This document shows positions 53,335 to 64,000 of a DNA stretch of 64,000 nucleotides, one piece after another. This stretch comes from Azolla caroliniana. Taxonomy: Eukaryota > Plantae > Polypodiophyta. The stretch lies in assembly GCA_043228905.1 (NCBI GenBank), contig JBHGNT010000001.1, positions 3,224,001 through 3,288,000 of the forward strand. The letters run 5' to 3'. The notes below the pieces were generated by a model that saw only the letters and a program-made list of their open reading frames with translations, did not search any database and was not told the DNA's origin. The translations under genes and the position numbers were made by a program. Each line of letters starts with the position of its first letter. Within the stretch, counting starts at the first letter, position 1.

Positions 53335-56264
53335 TCACATCAAAGTGATGTGCTTTGCCAATATCCTTACACCAGCACGATTGTTAACATTGAATGTGTA
53401 GAAACCAAAGCCAACATTGATAATGGATCCATGAGGAATTACATCTCTGAACATTGAGGTATTAACTGGATCAATAGATATTTCCTGAAGTCCATCCGAG
53501 GTTGATCTATAAAACTTAGTAGTGTAAGTTGCTGAAGATCCTAGCCCCTTCGTACCAATGCTGAAAATGCCAAAGAAATCACATTATAAATAACTCACAG
53601 ACTTGAATGAAGAACTTGAATAGACAACTAATAATTAAATTATTACCTCATGCGTGCTGCCCAAGATCCCATGTCATTTCGCAAGGCAGGTAACCATTCG
53701 ATGTCTCTAGTCTCAGATGACATACTGCTTTTCACCAGATCCTCACATTTACATATCACTTCAAGGGTCTCTTTAGAAGGTTCCATCAATACTGAGAATC
53801 GAGGCCGACCTTTCTCATCAAGAGCATATAAAGGGTTAACAGTGAATCGGATTCGAGCATTAAATTCCATTAACTGTAGCGGGTAACCTTTATATGATAG
53901 AACCTTCTTGCACCCTAGAGGGGAGAGTTCTTCCAATACTTCTAAAGAGGCAAGGTCAATGTTTCTTGGCAATACAAAGGGTGGGCAGTGATTACTATGT
54001 GATTCTTCTCTGCTCATAGAAACTTCGGCTATATCATTCTCCCCTTCATTGTCAACATTTTCAGCCTTCTGTAGAGCTTCTGAATGATGCTCTATTCTTA
54101 TAGTAGCAGGGTTCGATACATCTACACTTTGTCTACCTTCATGTGATAAATTATTCTCAGCTGGATCATCTACCATCAAACACTTCTGAAAATCTTCAGA
54201 TAGAGCGGTTTCACAAGCACTGCAGACTGCTGAATACTGTTCTCTTCTGGCAATACAATCCTCTGATACTAGCTCTTTTTGTAAACCTTTTGATAAACCA
54301 TTCTCAATACAAGTCTTCACAGCTAGCCCAACTTTGGGTATATTATGAGGAGAGTTATCTTGTGTGACTTTAGCATTATTCTCTTTTCCATTGACGTCTT
54401 CATATGTTTCCAATATCTTCTCCCCATTATCTTTTGTAAGGCAACCAGATACCGGAACGGCTTTAATATCCACATCATCTTTAGAAGTACCACATGATTG
54501 CCAATGTTTAATTTCATTAGTAATACTATTCTGTCTTCCCATTGTGTTACTTAAACTGCTATTTGACGCATATTCGGACTCAAAGATAGTCGAGTTTCTA
54601 GATAACCCTGACACTTCCCCTTTATACTTTACAGCAGACCTACATAGAATTGTTGACTGCTTTGATGTCGATCTCAAAACAGGACTCTCACTCTGAGTAG
54701 GGAAAATATGGGGGAAGTTTGATTCCTACATGGAATCAGATAAAAACACATTGAAACCTTTTGTTCTTGGCATAAGATAGAGGCCATTTTCCAAAAAACA
54801 CATTCATGGAGTGGTCTCAGCAGTTTGGGCCCTTGGCCTATAAACTATAGGCCAGAACTTCAAATTACCACTCCCCTCATTTTTCCAAAAATGACAAATC
54901 AATAAAAGAAAGGAAATTAAGGGCAAAAACTCACCAAAAACATCAGGGTTGCGCAGCTCCGAAGCACATCAACATTCATCCGTACATCTGCTAAGCTTCT
55001 GCAAGATGAATATTACAACCAAATATAATCGCAAAGATATAGCAAGTGTCTGAGTTGACAAAATACCTGCAAAGAGGAAAATTTACCTGTGTTCTTGCTT
55101 TCCATATCCACAGTAATTAGCAAGTGATTCCAACTGCAATTAGAATGGCCAACAATATTAGATAGAGGGTGTATGCAAGACTTCTATATATTTTGTGCTC
55201 TCCATATAGATAGGTGGCTAGACCTTGTAATTCCCAGCACGCTTTCCAAAGGTCTTCTTCAAAAGAGGATAAGTATCTATGATTCCAGATGGCTGTGGAG
55301 GAGGGTGGCCGATCTCAGAAAAAGCTTCTTGGATGCGAAGATTGTCAAATTTCAAAATGTTATGCCCTGCCCAAATATGGCCTATAGAAAAGTGAAAGAA
55401 CCCATCAGAAAGCAAGCCTTGATATATCCTGGAGAAGTTAGAAACCATCAGAAAACAAAATTTTATATGTACTGCAAGAAAAGAGACCATGAGGAAACAA
55501 CCAGAAAAAAACATGTCAGGGAATACACCAGGATATGACCTGAGAGGGAGAATTCATCAGAGAACTAGCAAGGATATGAGAGAGCACTATCATGAAATAA
55601 GCATAAAGTTAGCACTACTCGCAATTCTAATCACAACACTAATTACTATAATTAGCAGTGACGAAAATTCTAATAGCAATACTAAACGATGTGTCGGCAC
55701 ATGATTTTCCAACGTGATCTAGATGCAAGCTACTCTTTTTCATGCTATGTCTTGCAGACACGAAGATTTAATCCAAATCGAAACAGGGGAAAGGCCCCAA
55801 TATAAATGAGAAAACTAAAAAAAGAGAGAAACAGGAGTAAATAGACCGAGTAGAAAACAAGCCAGAAAGAACCCATGAGAAGAAAAGCCAGAGGAAGGTC
55901 CAACAATTGAGAAGAACATGAAGATGAAGATGAAGATGAAGACGAAATACTAACCGTGGAGGATGGAATAGATGTCGTCCGCTACATCAGCAAATGCAGG
56001 AGCATCAGCAACCGTGTGGCGTGTGATCCCGTTGCAATCGGTAGTCCGGCGATTTACAGAAGAAGGGTCCTTTGGACGGACAAGGGTGTGGAAGGAAAGG
56101 AGTTCGCTGAGCCCTCGGGTGTCCAGAACCACAGCCGCGAATTCCAGGAGCTGATAGCCTTGACCAGACCTGGTGGGCACCGTCGTCTCCACGTCGAAAA
56201 ATACGAGCTTCTTTCCGTCTCTGTCTCCTTCATCGTCTTTCTGAGCCATGGCTATGTGCTCCAT
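53335..56264 (-). CDS. NEN-type (NAC45/86-dependent exonuclease-domain) DEDDh 3'-5' exonuclease
   Basis: Exons about 56264-55954, 55381-55223, 55133-55087, 54998-54936, 54726-53647, 53560-53335. Motifs VFFDVETTVP, WAGHNILKFD, IDTYPLL, HRSLADVRMN, ATLMFLESNFP; long low-conservation linker before a C-terminal domain. Confidence 0.85.
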
Positions 56265-59200
56265 GAATGACCTGAAGAAGGGGGGAAAGGGAAGGATTAC
56301 CTACAGATAGTTTATATATGTAATAATAATGTATGTACGTATATGTATGTAGAGCACTGCAGGGTATGCTTTCCTTTAACCAGAAGCTACCATTGTTTTG
56401 GATGACTTGCAATATGTATGTATATACATAGACATATGTATATACTGTACTCTTTACGTATATACTGCAAGTCATCCAAGCTTATACATACATACATATA
56501 TGTATGTACATATATACATATACATATACTGTTATACATATTCATATACATATACATGTGTGTGTACACCTCGCCATGTCAGATACCATAAAGGAAGATT
56601 CAAGATTCCCTCGGGATCACAGTGGTTGTCAAGAAAGAATGGAACTTTCATTAACATACCCTCCTCCCTTTTATGCCTTTCTCTATGTTCTTCTGCCTAA
56701 TCAAAAGGATGGTCGGGTGAATGCCACGAGGAAGGCCAATTCGCAATGATGGCATGGTCTAATAGATACCAACGTGATGAGTTGAGGCATATATGGTAGA
56801 CAAGTTTCCAAATGATGGGTCTCAACATGAGATCCCTTTCCTAGATACTTAATGAAAATGGGCACATTTCTCTCCCTCAAAAATGGCATTACGGTCTTAT
56901 TTGTCCTTTGCGTAAATGCCACCAACATATTGTGGTATTCCAAGATTGTCCCTTTACAATGAAGTCAAATAAATACTCAAAGCAAATATCCTTTACTTTT
57001 TGGGAGGGCATCATCTTCTAGATGAATATTTTGGTAGTTGTTATATGTATTTCCTATGGTGTTAAATTTGTCACTATTAAAAAAGAGATTAATCCACTAT
57101 GTACGCATTTCGTTCATATATGATAGTATAATATACTTTTCATAAACTTTTGAGAACTTATTTATGAAACTAGCACATCCAATGGTTCTCATATCTGTAT
57201 ATTGCTAACACATTGCATGTAGATATGTTATGAATGCAATGTTTACCAATGACAATATCGCACATAACATCTTGTTTAGGTTTATTATATCCTTTAGAGA
57301 AGGTTGGATAAATATGCTCTCTCAAGTGGAATTCCATTATTTTAGAGTTTGTTGTGAATCTCAATGTCATACAAAAGGACTGTGCATTCTTTTTAGGGAT
57401 AATCAATGGCATGAGTCTCTTGAAGCCAAATAAAAGCACCCACTTTCTCTTAAACTTTTTAGAAATAACTTTGCTTGTGACTTCAATCAAGCTCAATGAC
57501 ACACATTTGTAGGCCCACACAAACAAACATCACATTTCTAAGAATACTAAGGTTAACTAACGAGACAAATCAGAGTTTCCAATTTCAAAGAAACACAATT
57601 CCTGTTTCACATTATATCACATTTATTCATCTATTAAAAAAAAAGGGGCAAAAATGATTTGGCGGTACACATAAATCAATATGCAATACCTATCTGCACA
57701 CACACATATGTAATCGGTTATGGAATTCTTCAATATATAGGGAAACTTTGTAGGAGGTCACCCATCTTGGTGGTGGCCACACCCAGAAATTTTAAGGTGA
57801 TAGGGGCCTCGGCTCTATATTCAGCTTGCAGACTTTTGCGTTATGCATGATTAGGTTGTTCGAATTTTCATAGAACTTTAAAGATCCTCGGAATGACATT
57901 TGAGATCACAACTTGGCATAACCCCATTTGATGCTAATATTCCGCTTTTCATGTGACTAGAATTTTACAAAAATCTTTGATACGATGCAGAAATGTCATG
58001 GGGTTGTATACACACAACATCCGATTTCCCTAAATCATGGCAATGATGAATGGCATTGTAAGAAATCATCTTGGATTCACGATAAGCATATGCTGAAACA
58101 ACCATTTCTTCATTATGGCATTGTTCTTTGTAGCCATCTAACCAGATCCATTTGTGCGATTATTTAACAGCTCACACATTAGCCATATGAATGACCCATT
58201 ATACATTTGTTCTCACCACTTGGAAGTTCTAATGTCTAGAAAACGGAATATATGCAAGGCCAAATAATGGACCTTCTGTTTATGATCGGCTGGATTGGCC
58301 GTTTTTTCATTTTAGTGGCTTCACCATGGGGATGGATCCAAGATGATTCATTCTGGCTTGCTTCATCACTGTCATTCATGACTAAACACAGCAAAAAGCT
58401 ACTTTGCATGTTTCACGATAAAAATAGATCAGATGACCTATTCTTGGGTAAAACAACTGTCATTACTGATCACTAGCGACATCAAAGATCCTTGGTATGT
58501 TTCAAAAAATTCAAGAAAGAATTGAGTGAGCATAAAACCAGATCCATTCTTGTTTGTTTTACCACTCTATTATGACTACTGGACACCTCAAAGGTCTTTA
58601 CTATGTTTCCAGATCACGGAGGAATGGAGCATCACAACAGATCCATTCTTGCTTCTTTTCTCTCTCATTGATGTCTACTGTCCACATCAGACACTAAAAC
58701 ATTGTATGAAGAATGGCCATAAGACCAGATCTATTCTTGCTTGCTTTTTGCATCATCAGGATGTAATCTCGAAATAACATCTAATTGCTGGCTCTCATTT
58801 AGTTGTGGTAGAGAATTGTTTTGCAAACAATAATATATGCCCTTCATCAGTATTCTTCTTCGTACCGGGGTGCCAATGCATTACTTGCCACATCAAAGAC
58901 TACAATTTTTGTATGAAGAGTGATAACAATGAAACCATGTCCATTTCTTGCATGTTTTGAACCACTCTCATTCATGACCAGTACCAATTAGTCTGCAGCA
59001 GAAGACTACTACTTCCGTATGCATGTACCCACATGATTTAAGAGGAAATCGCCCATTGGGTTCATTGTTAGTAATTACATCTCATTACTTCGTTGTATGT
59101 TGCATTAATGTTATTTCAGAATTGAAAAAGAAGATAAATTGAGAGAGAGAGAGAGAGAACCAACCATGTAGGGACTGATTGCTTTAGCATTGTGGAGGAT

Positions 59201-60341
59201 TGAACTTGAGCTTCTTCTTCCCCCCTACTTCCCTCTTTATCCTTCTTTTGCTTATCTTGAGTCAGCTGCAGAAGAGGATACTCAACGCAGCTACAAAGAT
59301 CCACAAGGATTCAGAGACAACTAGAATTTGGCCAGAGTTAAGATGTGGGTTACCCATACCTCATCCAGGACAAGCGGTTGAAAGTCACCTCTGCCTTTGC
59401 AGAAGAAGAAAGATCGGCCAAAACGAGGGTTCATTCCGAGCCTCTTGGCCAATCTAGGATTCATCCAACAAGAAGAAGTAGAAGAAAGAACAATATGTTG
59501 GCTTATCTGCGGTTTCCAATGAGAAGAAGAAGAAGAAGAAGAAGAAGAAGAAGAAGAGTAGCCATTGTTGAGATACCTGTTCAGAAGAAGCGAGGGAGGA
59601 GGAGAAGAAATCATTCTTATGAGTGATGATGGTGATGGTGATGGTGATGATGCTTTGAATAGCACCCAAGAAGCTACCCCTACGGCGATCATCTCTGTCT
59701 CTGTCACTCTCCCCCCCCTTTCTCTGTATAAATCTCATCCTTTTCCTCGTCAACGGTTTATAACTTCTTTTCATACGTTTCATCCTTCTTCTTGCCATGC
59801 CATGCCATGCCATGCCAAGCAAACTCCCATGGACATGAGATGATGAGAAGGAAGAAGAAGAAGAAGAAGATACCCCTAGGCAATTGTAGTTCAATTGGTA
59901 TAGATTATTTGACATGTCACAAGGAGACCACCATGCTTTAACCAACACCTTCCGTAGCCATGGCAAAGTTGTGCTTACGGTGAGTGAACTTTGATCTCGG
60001 GTCCATTGGCCTGTAAAAACTTGGTTGTACTTATGGGCAATGTACAACCCTAATGGCAAAGAAGAATAAGAAACATAAAAAAAGAGATAATAACAAGCGT
60101 CACGGTTGATCATCGTGACCACTTTATCTAACAATGATTATAATGTTATTTTTTGTGTCCTAATATGATCATTATGTGAATGTATGTGGTGAAATGATGT
60201 TTGAGATGGAGGTGATTGGAGTTCATACCCAAGGTTTCATTTGTGTTGTGAAATGATGCCATGCTACAAGAAAGTTTGACCAATGTATCTTGGTGTACTT
60301 GTGGTCTCCTATGTCATTGGCATTCCTTTGCTTGCTCTGTG

Positions 60342-60395
<54 letters not shown>

Positions 60396-60423
60396 ATTTG
60401 CCTATATGAACGTACTTTAGGCC

Positions 60424-60540
60424 CTACATTCCACATTGGCATCTTGTAAATTAAGAGAATATGTATGGAGTAATAGAGGTGATAAAGTTTGGACTCGAAC
60501 CCAAGACTAGGGTAACCTAATTACCAAAGACAATGAGCAA
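60424..60540 (+). mobile_element. 5'-truncated, diverged copy of the SINE at 33847-34075
   Basis: ctacattccacattggcatct...tcgaacccaagac aligns with the reverse complement of about 33880-34000. Confidence 0.65.
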
Positions 60541-62451
60541 GAGAGAGCACATTTGTGGGTCATAAAGTACAACAAGATTGAGTGCTTGTAGTTCTAATCT
60601 TTACAATTGGGAATTGAAAACCTTGTTGTCACATGTGGCAATGCAAGTTCACCATGCTTATAGAGCATCAAGAGATTGCATTCCCAGTGGTCCTTTTTAG
60701 AGGAGAGACCATGTACACATGAATAAATCATTGTTATTATTGAGGGGTTACGTAGGTGAGTTTTAATTTTTAATCAAAGTGTTATCGTAGACACATTTTG
60801 CCCTTTTGCCTTGGGTATACAAACCCATGACATAGCTAAGTTCAAGTGGATTTTCTAATTTACATGTTTTTTGATTGGTTGCCAACCATCGAATGGAACT
60901 TCCTTGGCAACAAATGTAAACCCATATCATCACCTAATGGCAGGCCCAACTTCCTAGTTCCCTATATTCCAAGTATTGAACCCACAGACATGTTCACACT
61001 TATCGTGGTTGAAGAGTGGAGCTCGAAGGTTAGAGACCTCTCTTGCATAACTCCACAAAGATAACAATTATTTCACTAGGAGATGATTGATTTCAACATT
61101 GAGTAAGTGTGAGTTATAGCAATAGAAAACTAAATCTCATTTGATAATGACCGTGATTGCATGCCCATGCATGCCATGAGATGTTTGTGAGTAATGGGGG
61201 TCATGCTTATTTGGTAAGCATATTAACAATTCAGTATATGATCATGATAAAAATTTGGCAGCAATTGAAGACATCATTCTTTGGAAGCTCACCTTTAAAG
61301 AAGCGTGAATAACAACAATAGCTCATATGTTTTGGAATTTAGTGGAACCATTTTTTAAATTGACAATCCACAAGCTTATTCTTTTGATTTTGATTTGTCA
61401 CACCAATTATTTGAAGAGTACGTTTCGTCAAAAAGATTAACACCCATCCTACGAGCAAGCAAACACGGATCGTCAAGTTGAGACTTTCATTACAATCCCA
61501 AAATTCGGAGGGTGCGCTCCACACGTCTTATGTCAATCAACTTTATCTTTTGCTTACATTTTGGCTTTCAATAATGAGGGAAACTTACAATTTTGTCTTT
61601 CATGCCCCTGTTTTTTATAAGGTCTACAAAATAACATACAGCTTTATAAACATTGTATGTCTGTCAAGACTCAATAGTATTGGGAATAATAAATAGTATT
61701 GACGAACATGCTATCACTAGCAAAAACAGCCCAAAAGAGGCAGAGGCGCAAATTTTCAATGCAGAATGGCGATAGTCACGAAGATGTCGTGGTGAATATT
61801 GGAAAAGAATATGCTTACATAAATGCCATCGTCCATATATACCTATCTACACTAAAGAGGGAGAGGCGGGCCAATTGCTTACAGATCACAAAGAGGCTCT
61901 GACATGGTGAAAGGTTCGAATCTGATATGGCATAATCTTTGGGTTTTTCCGCTCATAATTAATAAATTGGTGCATGTATGTGTCTGTTGTTAGTGCACAC
62001 ACATCATACATAATATACATCGCTTATATTCAATAACATGCATACAATGTTTTTCGGGCATACACTATAAATGCACAACGCATATAACCCATCTGGGCAT
62101 AGACAGCACATCACATCATGCATGCATAATACACATGTGCCCATTTGCGCATTCCAGCGCACACCATATACATATAATACACACGTGCCCATTTGAGCAT
62201 TTAATGCACAAATCATATATACATATAATATACAAGCCACTTCCATTGCTTCCTTCCCGCCGGATTATATCATTTTCTTTGCTCACATTGCTTTGCCTAC
62301 TGGAATGTGAAATAAAAAACCTGTTTGCCATTCAATTCGTTTCTTCCAAATGGAAATCTATGGATGCCATTTTGCGCAAATCGAAAAGCTGTTCAAACAC
62401 TCTTTCTTCAATGTGTTTTTCGCTTAGCCTGATACCACAAACTATCGCTTT

Positions 62452-63635
62452 TCATGTAGCAAGAGACAAAAGGAGGGCAGTGCCTCGCTTAATCCAATGA
62501 TCAGGAGAGTGTGATCCTGTCTTCAATGTGACGTAGAGCAAAAAGCTCGGCCGCTCACGCGAGCCAGTGCGGATTGGGTACAAGTATAATGGACACATGT
62601 AAGTACCTTTTATTGCTTTCTTCTTGCTTACCACTGGCTTGAAATGTATGATTGGCATTGGGACAATGAGCTCCATAGGATGAGGCTCCTAGATAAGACA
62701 AATGTAAGGAAATGAGAAAATGACATTATGAAATTGTGGAGCTGTTTATGATGCGTTTAAACTCAGATGCATAAAAAAGGCTGTTGCTTAAATCACCTAA
62801 AACGCAAGTTGTTGTTGAATATTAATTACTAGCCTATAGGAATCAAGCATATACAATAGGGAAATGCAATGGGCTGCTATTAGAATGTATGCAAAGCAAC
62901 ACAAAATGCAAGATTTTCAATTGAATACTTGTTACTAGTGTATAGCAATGGAGTGTATGATAGCAACAAACTGAACTCTCAACAATCTGTCTCTACCTTA
63001 AAAGTTGACAAGTTTCATTTCATGGTTAAAGGGGATATGATATATACTTGAAATGTTGGTTTTGGCATTGACTCTGAGAGGCAGTCTCTTCTTATCAATA
63101 CCAGTGTTACACTGGACTCGAGATCATGATGGGAGAGGCAATATAATTATTAGCAGCAATGTGTATAGCTTATAGAGTGTGTTTTTTGTAGAATTCATTT
63201 TCCATGATGAAAACCAGCCATGCCTTATCTTCTATGCATATTTTTCTTCTTATAAATTCAATGAAACCTTGTGCTTTTACTCATCAGTCAAGATGTAACA
63301 TGGAGAGCAAGCTCACCTTGAGACATTCATTCTCCCTGTCCCAGCCTGCACCTTCTAGGAAGAGCCCCTTTACGTAAACACCATCTTTGGCTGATTCATT
63401 GATATCATTCTCATCCTTGTTCACAATGGAGAATTCCCATGAAAGAGAGTCAATTGGCACAAGGTTTCGACGTGCAGTCATCTGCATCACAGCTGTCAAA
63501 AAGTCTGCAGGATATGTGAAACCTGCCAGCCAATATACAACTGGGTATGTTCCCTCAGCCCATGCCTTCAGCTCTGCTATCCTTTGTAGAAGATCTCTTG
63601 TCCATGAACCTAGTGGTTTAAGTGTTGGGTAGCTC
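62452..63635 (-). CDS. Last two exons of an axonemal dynein heavy chain (inner-arm I1-beta, DHC10/DNAH2-like); the gene continues beyond the window
   Basis: Exons 63635-63317 and 62688-62452: SYPTLKPLGSWTRDL, YWLAGFTYP, GVYVKGLFLEGAGWD, YMCPLYLYPIRTGSRERPSF...DHWIKRGTALLLSLAT*. This matches the C-terminus of green-lineage I1-beta dynein as I recall it. Confidence 0.9.
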
Positions 63636-64000
63636 CTGCCATCATAGACAAGGTATAACACTGAGATAAATTCTGGTAAGAAAATATTAAATAAATACAA
63701 TATTAGTTAATCAAAGATTAAGAGAGAAAGGCCCCAGCTCATAATAATGAATTTGATGAATAGAAAACTTGGGGCACATGTACACACAATTAATGATTTA
63801 CAACTAATCCCGTATTTTCAGCTTATGTTATGCTTAAGTAAAATATATCTGGTTCTCCTAATCTTTATTCCCATTTAAATTTAATGTCTTTTCTATGTGT
63901 ACCCGTATCAAGATGTTAAAAAAGCAAGGAGATAAAAATGTAAGTTCCTTGTCAGTGAGACTGATCCTGTATTACATTAGCGAGTTCAACTTTCTAGTTG

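Noticed and set aside
59200-60134. ORFs of 85-226 aa with poly-R, poly-S or poly-F tracts
   Set aside because: Produced by the (GAA)n and related microsatellites; several begin at non-ATG codons and none shows a recognisable domain.

Overview
Eukaryotic, intron-rich plant nuclear DNA. An axonemal dynein gene alongside vascular-plant-type genes points to a plant with flagellated sperm, most likely a fern (inference). Host genes in order: a NUMOD3-motif protein, ADPRM, RPL35A, a TDY-type (group D) MAP kinase, three tandem XEGIP/basic-7S-globulin-like inhibitors, two tandem strictosidine-synthase-like genes, a NEN-type DEDD exonuclease, and the 3' end of a DNAH2/DHC10-like dynein heavy chain. 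The standout is a 9,282-bp DNA transposon at 35802-45083 with 36-bp TIRs and a 4-bp AATG TSD, nested in a solo LTR. It carries two divergent genes: a Sola-like DDD transposase broken by two C>T-type stops, and an apparently intact six-exon gene for a ~974-aa ParB/Srx-domain + beta-class N6A/N4C DNA methyltransferase fusion. Intron 1 of that gene holds 11 copies of a 25-bp palindrome at a 51-bp period, nine of which form one ~430-bp higher-order inverted repeat. All gene models were spliced by eye and no database searches were run.
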